Below are positions 25,678 to 39,503 of a stretch of DNA of 64,000 nt, piece after piece. A program made the translations under genes and the position numbers. The stretch's first letter is position 1. The number at the start of each line of letters is the position of its first letter. The notes below the pieces were generated by a model. That model was given only the letters and a program-made list of their open reading frames with translations. It was not told the DNA's origin and did no database searches. Source of the stretch: Auanema rhodensis (lineage: Eukaryota > Animalia > Nematoda); NCBI GenBank assembly GCA_964057225.1, contig OZ059897.1, positions 8,370,001-8,434,000 on the forward strand, read 5' to 3'.

Positions 25678-27857
25678 CGAATGGGTTGAGGGGGAGGGTT
25701 GAGAGTTTGTGATGCCTGATGCATAATATGTATAATACATATATAGATATATGTATATGTAGTATATATAATATTCAGGGTAATATTCTACATCATGCTT
25801 CTCATTCTTTTTTTAATTTTTTTTGTATTGTATAAGCTCGACATTTTATTATTATTATTATACAGAAAAATCTTTTTTTTCCTGTTCAACAAACAAACAA
25901 AAAGCCTCTGATTTTCACTTCACATTGATACTTTGAATACATTTCATCATCTCTATATCATCTATTATATTAACATATTCATATGTGTATACATGATAAC
26001 TAACTGAAAAAAATATTTTTTTGCCATTACTCTTCTTTTTCTTCTTTAATTCCAAGCTTCTTCTTCTTCTTCTTCTTCTTCTTCTTTTTCTTTTTCTTTT
26101 TCACTCTTGAAGGGTGTTTGAGAGGTATGTATATGCATTAAGCTTTCAACTTTTCATATAATGAGCATTGCCTTCCCCCCGTCAGTTTCTTCTTTTTTTT
26201 CGCCTCATTTACTAGTTTCAAGCATACATATACTGATAACATTCACATTTTTTATTCTACATACTACTCTACTATCTATTTTCAAAATTGAATAATTTAT
26301 ATATTATTATGAATTTTATACTTTTGTCTCATTTTCTAGAAATTGGGAATGAACAAAATCATAGATGATACTGACGTTACAGCAGGCTTTGAGGATGATT
26401 CGGAAGAAGATAATAATCGTACAAAGGTAATCAACTAGAAATGTTTTCATAAAAGAATTGCACGTTGCTCGTAAGACAATGAAATGAATGTTCAAATTTA
26501 ATTTTTTTAAGGAATTACCTCCACATCCTAAACAAGCACAGCGATTATCTCGTGAAAAGCTAACTAATGCAATTAAGAAGAAGATGCAGCCAAAAGATTA
26601 TTTTGATTTGGTTAAACGAAGCAGGTAATACTTTGCAAGTTTCCAACAAATTGTACATCACTTCACTAACAACATATGAATACATTCTGATGTTTTGAGA
26701 TGAAGAAATACATAGATCGCCATAGATATACATATACGTTTATGATATTTATCAAAATACTATATAGCTGATTAGGCTTAATGAGCTATCATGAGATTAA
26801 GTTCATTTGAACTATATGACATGCAACTTTTTATATTTTTACATTCAAAAGATGACATATGACGGTTGTATTTCTACTTTTGTCACCTATTTTAAGCCTT
26901 CTAATTCACATTACCGCATATATTCTTCCTCTTCTTCCTCATTTTAGCTTTCGTCAATTTTTTTTTGCTTCTTCAACTATCTCCTTGTCTTCTTCTTCTT
27001 TTTCTTTCTTTCAATAGATCAGCCTTTATTCCTTTAATCACTTTCTATTGCAAATCCTACTCCAATCAACCAATGATTAATCATATAAATCTATTTCTAT
27101 TTCTATATTTGTACTTTTCATTTGTCTTTTTCAGATCTGCTCATAGTCGTTTCCAACTGGATAAATCGTATTCCGATGATGTTACTTCAGCCTCACAACT
27201 GAATATGAATTCCGATTGCAAGCCTAACGGTCATAAATCGCTTGATGAAACGAGCAGCAGCATGAGCGAAAAACTGATGCAACTTATATCCATGAGAGTA
27301 CGCCGGAAATATATAGCCTCATTATGAGCTGAGAATCACTTGTTACAGACATTTTTGGGAATGGCCTTCAATAACAATTCAGAAAATGCTCGCAATAGTC
27401 GAAATTCAGATGATGAAGCAATAACTGAGACGAGATACATTGATGAGGGCAGAATGGAAGATGAAGGTGAAACATTTGTTGAGAGATTAACAGCTAATCT
27501 CATCAAAATAATTTAAAAATCAATTAATATTTAAATTATTAAAAACAATTAATGAGATTTTGGTTGCAATTTCGTGAAAATCGATGCTTTCTTGAAGAAT
27601 GAAGCAGCAAATTCAAATGATGATGAGATGCAGAAATACTCAGCTTTAACGAACTAAAATCAGAAAAGAGAAAAGACGCAAATTAGAAAATTTTTCTATG
27701 TATTGTGTCAAAGATCATCAGAATGTTCAGAGGCTTTATTTGGGAATTTACAGGCTTCCGGTCCACTCTCTTCACTCCATCTAAGTCTTCAATCAAACTA
27801 CCACCATTACTATCGTTTAGAAGACGAACTCAAAGTGAAGAAAAATACCACATATAA
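24404..27857 (+). CDS. Hypothetical protein with one degenerate ankyrin-like segment
   Basis: Phase-consistent exons: MDKSETYYPSDKQQLLDL|VYNDLIEM...DGKLRK|IFHMRNSNGETLMERATREEQKRCAYLIYRLMK...|KLGMNK...|ELPPHPKQ...|SAHSRF...|TFLGMAF...|GFRSTLF...EEKYHI*. No family was recognised with confidence, and an upstream exon cannot be excluded. Confidence 0.65.
25596..25678. repeat. Interrupted (GA)n microsatellite
   Basis: Long GA run in an intron. It produces the spurious SLSLSL ORF. Confidence 0.85.
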
Positions 27858-29144
27858 GTGAATTTAATACATTTTGCTGCATTTTTCTTCCGATTGCTCT
27901 CCAAAAATCGCAGAAAAAGTTAATATTTTCATGAATGTACAGCGATATTTGTTCATTTTCAAATGAAATTGTTTGTAAAAATGTTTGTTTGGCAGTTTTT
28001 TCCTTTCTTTTTAAAATATTTTTCTTTTATCTTTCAAGATATTTTATGTACATTAACTATATTATATATATTAAAGAAATAAATGTTTTCCAATAAATGT
28101 TTCTTTTTTTGTCTTTTTATTCAAAAAAAAAAAAGTTTTACAAGAAGCTTAGCTAAGAAAACATTATTGAAAATTAATTTCTCCCCCCCCCCTACTCATC
28201 GACTAGTTAAGCATTTATTATTTTAAAATATGTATATGTATAAATATATAATAATTATTATAAATAATTATTATTTTATAGAAAAAAAAGAAGAATGATG
28301 TCATGTTTCAACTAAAATTCGCATGTTTTCTTCTAATTTATATAATATTTCTAATCTATTGTTCAATAAATAGTTGATGTATTATACATATACATCTCAA
28401 TAGTGTTGTTAAGCTGTTTCTCTTCTCAATTGCTTCGTAGTTCCGTGATCAGTTCTTTTTTGTCTTTTATTCAATAGCTAATATGGCTATTCAATATTAT
28501 CTTCATCATTTTCATCAAGAATTTTTGACTTAAGGGCCACCTGAATGACAAGTTTTAGATTCTCCTTAAACCAATCCTCTTTATCTCAATTGTGGCTTAT
28601 TCAATTGGACAGCAAAGCGAAAACTATCTGATGCCCAGCCCTTTCATCTCACTCTCGTCTTACTTTTTCCTTTATTTTTTCAATTCAACATCAACATTTT
28701 ATATCTTTTTCTATCTTATTATTTCTAATTCGTTGTCGTCGTCTTAAGTCTTCTTCTTTTTCTGCTTTTGCATCGTTTTTCTTTATTTGTGTTTTACTTT
28801 TTCAAAGATTATTTTGATGAAAAGTACCACTTGAATTTAAAAAATCAAAGTATATTGGCTTTTAAATGAATCTTTTTCAGCTTTTTTTTGAACAAAAAGA
28901 GCTAATTTTGATAGAAATCTTGAAAATTTTCCAATGTTATATTTCACTTATTGGATCAGCAATTTCTACGGAAATTCAAAGCGGAACTCAGGCAAAAGCT
29001 TTTCCGTTTTTTCGTACTTCAAGGCTTTATATTATTTTGAATGAATATTTGATAAAAATTTTAAAATAATCGTCTAACTTTTCAATTTTTTGATGTTTTT
29101 TCTTTGTTTTAATGTAAATTACAATAATTTTTATAATATTTTAG

Positions 29145-31062
29145 ATGTTATGCTTTCTAGTACTTTTTATAAATTTGTCATTCACCTTAACAATTCCTGT
29201 TGATAATGGAGTTGAAGGAGAACCTGAAATTGAATGTGGAGCTACAACTATTATAGTTAATTTTAATACAAGGTTAGCTATGCTATTTATTCTCTATAAA
29301 TTCATTTTTAAACTTTTTAGGAACCCATTTGAAGGACATGTATTCGTTAAAGGCCTGTTCGATCAAGAAGAATGTCGAAATGATGAAGGAGGACGGCAGG
29401 TTCGTGAAAGCTCTTCAAGAGCAATGATGAATGACCAACTTTATACTATGTTTTGAGAACATCAAGACATACTTAACCTCTTTTTGAGATAAAACAAGCT
29501 AAAATATTTGTATTTTAGGTAGCAGGAATATCATTGCCTTTTGATACATGTAATGTAGCTAGGACCCGATCTTTGAATCCAAGAGGAATTTATGTATCAG
29601 CTACTATCGTCATATCATTTCATCCGCAATTTGTAACAAAAGTTGACAGGTTTAACACAAGTTCCTTAAATATAGTTTGTAAATCTTTTTATGAATTTTC
29701 AGAGCATATCGCGTGCAGTGTTTCTATATGGAATCAGATAAAGCCGTCTCATCAAATGTGGAAGTTTCGGATTTGACGACAGCATTTCAAACAGCTGTAA
29801 GATTTTTTTTTTATTTTGATACTTCGCAGTTGAAGAATCAAGCGTTTAATACAAATATTTTTAACTTTATGCGGCAAAAAGGATTTGAAAGATTTGATGG
29901 CATTTTCTTCTATTTATGTAATACGTTATCTCATCTCTCTGTTATTTCGCTTTTGGACTTTATTCGGGAAAGAACAGGATTGAATTGAATGAAATATGGA
30001 TAAAAGCTAATATTAATAAGATTATCAATGCCAAAATTAAATAAAACCTAATATTTTTTAAAAATAAAAGAAAGAAATCTGTAATCAGGGTGTTCCAATG
30101 CCAATTTGTCGATATGAAATACTAAATGGTGGCCCAACTGGTGATCCTATTCAATATGCCAATATTGGACAACAAGTAATAACTAAATATTTTTCTTTTA
30201 AATATTATTATGAGAATCTTTAAAGGTTTATCATAAATGGAGTTGTGATACTGAAACATCAGACACTTTCTGTGCTGTTGTTCACTCATGTACCGTCGAT
30301 GACGGTAACGGTGATAGGATTCAGATTCTCGATGAAAATGGATGTGCACGAGATAAATTTCTCCTGAACAACTTAGAATATCCATCTGATTTAGTTGCTG
30401 GACAAGTATGCCTGTAATATTTTTTATAAAGCATGATAAACTTGGTTAAGGAAGCTCATGTTTACAAGTATGCCGATCGATCTCAGCTCTTCTATCAATG
30501 CCAAATTAGTGTCACAATTAAGGTTAAACATTATATAAAGATCTTTCTTTAGTCCTTATGCTTTAGGAGCCAGCAGAAGAATGTCCTCGACCTCAGTGTC
30601 CCGAACCACAAGGTTTTGGGGCTATACGTGATCCTGAAGGTGGATTTACTCCAAACGCCACTGACATTTCGCCTACTCTTCCACCTCCACCTGCCGCTGC
30701 CACAATCCGCTTGTTGAGGAAACGTCGAGCTGCTCGCAACGCTTTGTGGACTCCCGGAAATACCATGGATGTTCGAGCTGAGCTCAATGCTTTAGATTTG
30801 GTTTGTGCTCGCGAATCAATGTTCACGCATTGGTAGAAGCATGTTTAGGAACTTAAACGCCCAGTAGCCTTGAAGCTAGAATCTACCGAGAACAGAGGTA
30901 TCTGCCTCTCACCATTAGCTGTTTTTCTCATCTCAACAGGAGCTGTAACAATCATAGCACTTGGATGCTTTATAGGTGAGACTGGAGAACTTTCTCCATT
31001 TCAATAACAGTTTCCATTGTTCAGCCAGTTGCTTACTGCGTCCGAAAGTTCAGGAAGTCTAG
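29145..31062 (+). CDS. Cuticlin (CUT-1 family ZP-domain cuticle protein), paralog A
   Basis: Signal peptide, then [98 protein letters not shown], a furin-like RKRR site and a C-terminal hydrophobic segment. Stop at 31060-31062. Confidence 0.93.
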
Positions 31063-33149
31063 CAAGGAATCATATCCTAGAAAATCATCATATAAGTCAC
31101 TTAAATTTATTTTTTTGTTTTGAAATGGCTCATTGTATACTTCACAACAATCTTATCCTTCATCATATCTCTTTCATATTGTCATATATAGCATCTAATG
31201 TTTAATTAACTATATATATATATTTATATATATAAGGTATAGGTGTATCATCTATGCGATAAAGCAACTCATTTACATTCACGTTGAAGCTAAATTTTCA
31301 ATTTTTGCATATCCCTCCCGGTGTCATCCAGATTACCGTATCAGAGAAACACAAAAATCCTGTCGATACCAGGTTACAATCGTTGTGCAATCAACTACAA
31401 TCCTCCCCAAAACAGGATTCCCATTCATCATCTACGTTTTAGACAACTATTGTCGTTTATTTAAATTTTTGATCAATAAACAAGATTAGAAATGAATGAG
31501 CTGATGATTTTAGTGTTAAATATTTTCTTATTTTTCATTAAAAAAATATTAATTAGAAATGAGAAGAGAAGGGATTCAAGAGCAACAAATATCAAAGTCC
31601 TTGTTATCGTTGTGAACATCTTTTCTAATAACATGATATTACAGTAATAACTCCCAATAATTTCAGTATACAATGTATAAATTAGAAAACATTTGCCCAA
31701 AAAACACAAAATATGTTTTTTCAAGAAGCAAAAAGGGAAAATTTTGCTTTATCTTTATAAATGAAATGTGGGTGCTAATATCTTGAAGATTAACCGGCTT
31801 CTAATATAATTTCAAAATATTCAAAATCCTGTTTGAAATGATTGTTGCGTCATATATGTAGATTATTGGAAGATTATATATGAAAAATGAAAAAAACTAT
31901 ATTAATATTACTACAATGGAAAGAAATGGAATGCAGCTGACTTGAAAAAGCAACCAATCTTCAGCGTTTACAATTAAAAAATGAAATTTGCGTATTTTCA
32001 AATATATCTCACGCATTACTTACATCTCGCCGATGTTTCACGTTTCACGTACACGAATCAAACTTTCACATTTATGTAATCTAGTTTATCAAACTTATTT
32101 TATGAATAAATAAACTTTTTAATGCAAGAAACATGTTGAAATCACATTAAAGTACTTAGATGAGCTTGTTTTGTCGGATGATTAACTGCTAAGCATATAG
32201 GTTTGCACTTTGATGATTAATATGAAAGAAAAACCTATCAATAATGTTCAATTAAAGATGTTGATCAGGAAAAAAACGGTTCCGGAATTTTAGAGATAAA
32301 ATCTGGCTTGTCGGCATTAATGATCCTATATCTGTCATCATGAGGATATTAATGGACCAAATAGTCTACTTCAGTTTCATTTCATCAGAATATATGAATA
32401 AAGATTGTCCAGATAGTTAAGCTTATCTAATTTCAATTAATTTACTCCAAAAACTCGAGGTAAACCTCGTTTAATGCTGTAGTAGCCTGATGTAGTTCAC
32501 TCATGAAAAAATGGTTCAATAGGCATTTTTTGCAGAACTTATAAAATATATTTGCCTTTAGAACCTTAAGACAGTTGTCCAATTACTGAGCTCAAGATAT
32601 CATGATTTATTCTGATCATTGTTGTCTTATTTAATTAAAACTAGCAAGCAGGTAGCCCATCTTTTCTCTCATAACGTCTCTAAGCAACATTTCTCTATTT
32701 CTCTCAATTATGCAAATGAAGAATATGGTTGAAGCTAGATATCGCTCATCATATCTGGCTTGCACTATTCTATTCTCTCCAACTTCACTGATATTTCTCT
32801 CAATGGTCAGTAGAAGACAAAGCACTACCCACCCATTCAAAAAGTGGGTGGGAATCCCATGGACGGAGGACTATAAAGCTGGGCAGGCAGTCACAGTAGC
32901 ATTGTCCATTTCCATTTTCCCTTTATTCTCTTTTCACCTCTGAGAATTAGAACTTCTTCTATTTTGATTTCACCCATTTAGCACACTCTGTGCTTACAGT
33001 CTTCTGCTACTTCAAAACTCCATAACCTTTCGCTCAGTTTCTAATATCTATCTGTAGAATGTTAGTGCTTGCATATTATTTACAACCGTACGAACTCATT
33101 CATCTTATAGTTTTTCGTTCCAAAATTATAAACTTTTCCTTGAATTCAG

Positions 33150-34716
33150 ATGAGGTTGGTATTTTCTGCTGTATTGCTCGCCTGCATAGGTTTCCTTAAC
33201 GCAATTCCTGTTGACAACGGAGTTGAAGGAGAACCTGAGATTGAATGTGGACCCACATCTATCACAGTAAACTTCAATACCAGGTTTAACTTCTTCCAGA
33301 TTTATATTCAATTATGATTTTTTTTAAAGAAACCCATTTGAAGGACATGTTTATGTTAAAGGGCTTTTCGACCAGCAAGAGTGCAGAAATGATGAAGGAG
33401 GAAGACAGGTTATTCAGTTTGATCCAGGATACTATCTCAGATTCTACTTCGTTTAGGTTGCCGGTATCGAATTGCCATTTGATTCCTGCAACGTTGCCAG
33501 AACCAGATCTCTTAACCCTAAGGGAGTTTTCGTAACTGCTACTGTTGTTGTCTCATTCCATCCTCAATTCGTTACCAAAGTTGATAGGTTCGCAGTAATT
33601 TGAAAAGATATCGTCACGAATTATGCTTCAGAGCTTACCGCATTCAATGCTTCTATATGGAAGCTGATAAGACCGTCTCTACCCAAATCGAAGTATCAGA
33701 GCTTACCACTGCCTTCCAAACCCAAATCGTACCTATGCCTATCTGTAAATACGAGATTCTCAATGGAGGTCCAACTGGAGAACCTGTTCAATTCGCCACT
33801 ATTGGACAACAGGTTAAACTTGAGATGAATTAAGTCAATTATTAAACTATTGTTTCCAGGTATACCACAAATGGACTTGTGATTCTGAGACTACTGATAC
33901 CTTCTGCGCTGTTGTCCACACATGTACTGTTGATGATGGAAACGGTGATAAGATCCAGATTCTTGACGAAAATGGTTGCGCTTTGGACAAATTCTTGTTG
34001 AACAACTTGGAATACCCAACTGACTTGATGGCTGGACAAGAAGCTCACGTCTACAAATACGCTGATAGATCTCAACTCTTCTACCAATGCCAAATCAGTA
34101 TTAGCATCAAGGTGTGAAAATTATATTTCAAATAAGACATTGCAACATTATAGGAGCCAAACAGTGAATGTGCCCGTCCTCAATGCGCTGAGCCTCAAGG
34201 ATTTGGAGCTCCTAAGCTGGCTGCCTCCGAACAAGGACCACAGCAACCACAATTCTTCAGAGTACTAAAGAAAAGGTATATCCCAATCTATCAACTGTAT
34301 TCTATGGAACATTTTGTTTTTAGATCAGCCGAGATTGAAAACATTCTTGATGTACGTGCTGAGCTTACTGCCATGGAAGTACTTGTAGGAGAAGTAAGTA
34401 TAAAGGCTTTAGCAACTGCCTAATCTACAATTTCTATTCGTATCACTAAGACCAATATTTCAGGTCCCTGAACTTCCATCAGCTTCTGCTTTAGTTCAAG
34501 AACAGCAATTCGATTACTTAGTATCTGAGGGAGTCTGCATGTCTTACCACGTCATGTCAGCCATGGTATGTCTTACAACCATTTTCAAAATAAACACAAT
34601 AGAAATCGTAATTACGAAGTAAACTTTTCAATTTTCAGATTGCGTTCCTCTGTATGATGATGATTGTTGCTACTATCTGCATATTCTTCTGCTTACGAAC
34701 TGGCAAAAGAGTTTAA
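33150..34716 (+). CDS. Cuticlin (CUT-1 family ZP-domain cuticle protein), paralog B
   Basis: [56 protein letters not shown]...TAFQTQIVPMPICKYEIL...CQISISIKEPNSECARPQC...KKRS..., then a hydrophobic segment and stop at 34714-34716. Confidence 0.95.
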
Positions 34717-35011
34717 ATAACTATGTCTTCTAAGATTAATTATATTTCCTTTCAAATTTTAAATCTGCATGACATTTGTGCAATACATGCAATAAATATT
34801 ATATTGAATTAACTACATCTTCTTATTTATCTTTTTCAAAAAAAAAAGAAACAAGCGTTTATTAAGTAATATTGACTAACAAGATCACATACACACTTCA
34901 TATATAATAATAAATAAATCAATAGGCCAGCTATTAATGGATAAAACTGATAAGTTTTCAAATAATATACAATTAATACTAGTTAATCGGATAATGGATC
35001 AAACAGACTAT

Positions 35012-37814
35012 TTACATGTTTTCACGTGAAAAATTTCTATAAACTTCATAGAGAAATCGCAGTCTCTTTCTGTTTCCACTCTCAGTTTCAGCAGGATCGT
35101 ATAGCTTCATGTTATGAAGAGCGACTTTCTGTTAAATGAAATAACATTTCATTATTTTCTTAACTTCACTAACCATTCCATCATCTTTTCTTAAAACATC
35201 AACAAGATTATTTATGTCCTTTTCGTTCAAAATTTTTATCCACGTTTTTGCATGTTTAGTACATTCCACAAGCCTGCTGGTCTGAAACATTTACCGAATT
35301 TAAAAAAAAAACTAAATAGGAGAGAAGAGATAATCATACATGTTTGGCAGAAGCATCAGATTTTGAAGCGGTTTCTTTTCCTACTTTTGATTGGGACTCT
35401 TTTCTTTGTCTTTGTGGTTCAGATTTAACCGAGTTATCAACCTCACGCTTGATTTCATTTTCTTGTTTAATGGACCCACTAAAGGGAACATTCTCAGTCT
35501 CGCTAGAATTTCTACTTCGGTCTCGGGTGACCCCTCTGTTTTCGACAGTCGTAAGTTTTGGAGCTTGAGTAACTCTGTTTTCATTGTTCTCAACAGCTGG
35601 AATGACATTCTCAACTGATGATAAATACATTGCCTCTTCCAATGGAGCATTTTGAAGTGGGGCTGTGTCGTTACACACAGGGAAAACATTTGCAGGTTTT
35701 CGTTCTAAGATTGACTTCAACGAAGAAGGCATTTCTTGTGATTCAGAATTAGGAATTGGATTCTGAAAATTTGGGATATATACTTCAACTACAGCAAACA
35801 AACCATTTCAGGTATTGTTTCTAAATTTTGAATAGGAGAAGCTTTGTTTGCAAGAGATTTGGTGGACTCAAAAGTCTGCTGAATATCAGCTACTAACTCT
35901 GGATGTTGCTTCAAAAAAGCCTCCAGAGCACCTGGGTCAAGAGAAGGTCCGGCATCGATCTCTTCCAATAAAGGCAACTGTACCGACGACAAAGAAGGAA
36001 TTTCTTTTTCAATCGTATTTTCAGGTGTATTAAGAGTCTAAAAAATCAAATAAACAACAGTAACAATAGATGTTAACTTACATTGGTTCCTCTTTGCAAG
36101 ATAGAAATCAACTCCGAACCACATTCAGAAAGATTATTACCTTCAGCTGAAACAGTAAAAAAATCAAAAAAAGTATTATTATTAAATAACAATACCATAA
36201 CAAGAACTGGTTAAAGCAGAAACAATTGCTGGACAGTGTTGTGCTTGGGAATTATTGGAGTAGATAGATGAAGGGATATCTATTGGAAGAGCAAGAGTTT
36301 TTCGTGCATGCATTGGTTCATCACAATCCATTGGTTCTTCTTTCACACGGTACTCCATATTTGGGAAAGGTCCATTTTCCAGTTTGAATTGTTTTGGTAT
36401 AAAATTGCCGAGTAATGATTGGTCTTGAGACGTCCCGGCATTTTCTTGATGAGTATTTGTCATATACAACTGTTGAACTACATTCTCATACACATGAGGT
36501 GGACAGTCTGGTAGTGCATCCGTTTCCATCTCTGGCAGCAAATCTGGTTCCATCTCTGTTGGCACTTCCGACTGAGAGAAAATTGGAGTTTGATTCAGTA
36601 ACAGATTTAATGAATTAAGTGGCGGAGGCATACTAGGTGAAGCCAAAGCTGGAACTTCAGGTGTAGGTAATGCCATTGGATTGATAGGTGGTTTCATATC
36701 AACCCCATTGCAGGCCATAGTTGGAAAATAGAATGATTGAAAATTCATAGAGGCTTGCATGAAAACTGCAGGGTTAGGATTAGGAAATTGCTCTAATACT
36801 TGTGTAACATCAGTTTTCGGTGGACAGCATATCATGGAAGAAGAGTTGGTCTGTAGTGCAGCTAACATGTGAGGCGGTGTTGTCGGATTCTGTTGATTTG
36901 ACCGAAGAGATAACTTAGGGTTTGGAAAACTTGTAAGAGAGCAAGGTGGTCCACGTTTCAATTCAGAAGTTGCTTTTTGGATCAACGGAGCGTTTGTCCT
37001 TGCATTCTGTTCCCTCAATCCGCTATTTTGAAGCCGATTTGCTTGAGAAGCTTGAATCATCAAGTGTTCCTTCGATTCCTGCAACTGAAATAAATTTTTT
37101 AAAGACCTTTAAACATAAACTTACTTCAGCTAACGCTGCGAAATGCTGATATTGGAGCATCATATTTTGATTTATTAAAGAATCAGCTCCCATACTGAAG
37201 TTGGCATGATTGGTAGGAGCAAATGGTGGAAAAGGAGAATGTGGTGACATCATAGGCACATGACTTTGTGTAAGAGGTTGGCCATGAACTGAATGAGCAT
37301 TTTGCAAAGGAACCGGAGAATTCTCCATAGATACTGGTATACGAGGATTAAAATGATTTAGTAAGTGATTCATATTCTGGCTACTTCCAATATTTTCTTT
37401 TGGCTTGCGGGATGACATCATAGATTGTCCATTGCTTTTCACTTCTCTCAGAGGAAGAGGTTGATGTTTCGAGGAAACCTTCTCAGAAATTGGATGAAAA
37501 CTCTGTGATTGATTCACGAACGTTGACGATTTTGTTTGAGGCTTTGCTGTTTGAAGCATTCGATTATTCCTTGGACTAGCAGGTCTACCAGGTTGCTGAG
37601 GTAGCCAAAGAATGTGATTAAATTCAAACATGTTCGCTACTGGATTTCCAGGAATTGCATGAGGAAGGTTTTGTGGAATCTGTCCAGGATGAATCATATT
37701 CATATGTGTCATCATTTGAGGCATCATATGCATGTTCAAAGGCATCGGCAGATTTGGTGGATGCTGCCGTGGGGGAATCAAATTAAACATTGGCTTTTGT
37801 GACGGATCACTCAT
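35012..37814 (-). CDS. Pro/Gln/Met-rich low-complexity protein with several SUMO-consensus sites and a small C-terminal helical domain; probably a nuclear regulator
   Basis: Long ORFs 37023-37814, 36182-37084, 35789-35992 and 35334-35801 are linked by short GT-AG introns. The final exons read TSRLVECTKHAKTWIKILNEKDINNLVDVLRKDDGM|KVALHNMKLYDPAETESGNRKRLRFLYEVYRNFSRENM*. Confidence 0.75.
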
Positions 37815-38307
37815 CCCTATTTTTAGTTATGTTCCTGGAAGCTGCTGATTATACATAAGACAGTCAGGCATTGCATGCATATATCAGAACATTCAGGAAT
37901 TTTGAGAAAACTGACCAGCTAATATGTGAAAAGCATTTGATACGAAACTCTTTGCAGAAATGAGATTATAAAAGCAAACAGTACAACTGATCGATCAGGT
38001 TGTCAAAAAGCCCGGCCTGTATTACATTACTTGAAGTTAATAATCCATAAGAAACGACAAAATTATAAATATCATTATGATTATTGAGAACAAGAAAAAA
38101 TGAATATAATCATAAAAAAATATAACTTTAAAGATCACAAAATGGAAAAAATGTCAATCAGCAAATTAAAGATATACGGAAAGAAAAGAGAAAAAGAAAA
38201 AAATAGACATAAAAATCTTAACAGCACTTTACAAAAAACAAATGAGTAAAACTTTAAAATACTGACAAAGCAGTTGAATCAACAATGAAAACATTTTAAA
38301 AAACTGA

Positions 38308-39248
38308 CTAATTGGATGGTAAGTGTTTCTTAATGTGATCATATTCCAGAAGCATTATATCAGCTTCCGCTAAAAGTTGCGCTACTCTTTGTTTGTGAGC
38401 ACGCTGGCCTTCAGCCACCTTATCTAACATTGAGACAGACGGCGGAACCTTAAAAATAATTTAAAAAAATAAAATATTTAAGCTTTTCTTAGATAAAAGA
38501 CCGTTTTGACTCTTGAATTTGTAATAATACAGTGAACAACCTGCACACACGAAACAAAAATTATAAATGTAACGTGTTGTACGTGACCGCGGTTTAAGAT
38601 CATATAGTTACGTTATCGATTTTATTATTAAAGTATTCTATATATCTTACCTCACTTTCTCCCAATAATAGTTCCATATCTATTTGATCGAAATCGGGAA
38701 GGTCTATGGTTGTTGTTGAGAATTCCGCTTCTGTATAAAACAACATTAGGCTTCATTGATGATTTCTATGATTTTACCATTTATTTTGATAGCCTCAAGC
38801 AGATTATCATTAATTTCTTTCAGTTTATTCAGCATATCCGTAATGACTTCGTTACCTTTCATTCTATAGCAAAAAAAATCTAGTCTTCACTCATTATATT
38901 TTATAATTACGCTTTTAATGTCACCAGTGCTCGATTTAATTTACGGGTAATATTGACCAAGTCCTTTTTCTTGTACGGTAAATCCTCGACTGGACTGAAA
39001 ATTTTATTTCCACAGTTAAGAAAGCTATTATAGCATAACCTCTCATTACAGCTAGAGTTGCCTCCCCCATGTTCAGCACAGGTATGAACCTCTTTACTTT
39101 CTCTATAATCATGGGTGAAGATTTCAAACTATAATTATTTACATAATTCATTTGATAAAAAGAATGAAACCTTTTCATTTAAAAAAGAATTACTGTCCAG
39201 AACTCTATCTGTATCAACATTTGAGGAATCTTCAAGGGATTCGGCCAT
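38308..39248 (-). CDS. Hypothetical helical protein (seven short exons)
   Basis: Phase-consistent assembly MAESLEDSS...NEK|FEIFTHDY...|PVEDLPYKKKDLVNITRKLNRALVTLK|MKGNEVITDMLNKLKEINDNLLEAIKIN|EAEFSTTTIDLPDF...|VVHCIITNSRVKT|VPPSVSMLDKVAEGQRAHKQRVAQLLAEADIMLLEYDHIKKHLPSN*. Confidence 0.65.
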
Positions 39249-39503
39249 AACTATACGGAAAAATTATCATTTTGGAGTTAATATGATCGGGTATGTCTGC
39301 TCATAACAAGACCAAAAATATATAAAATACATATATCACAATCGTTTATTGACAACTAACTGCTGTCTAAAGTAAGAATATAGAACTTTGAAAAAAATAG
39401 AAATCTATTCATAACCGTAGTACCTAGCTCATATTCAACTAGGTTAGACCCCTTGATCTTGAATCATCATCACATTTCGAGATATTTACAATTCACATAT
39501 CAA

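Noticed and set aside
25507-25740. SLSLSL and ERERER ORFs (also near 7314, 23277 and 62543)
   Set aside because: Translations of GA/TC microsatellites.
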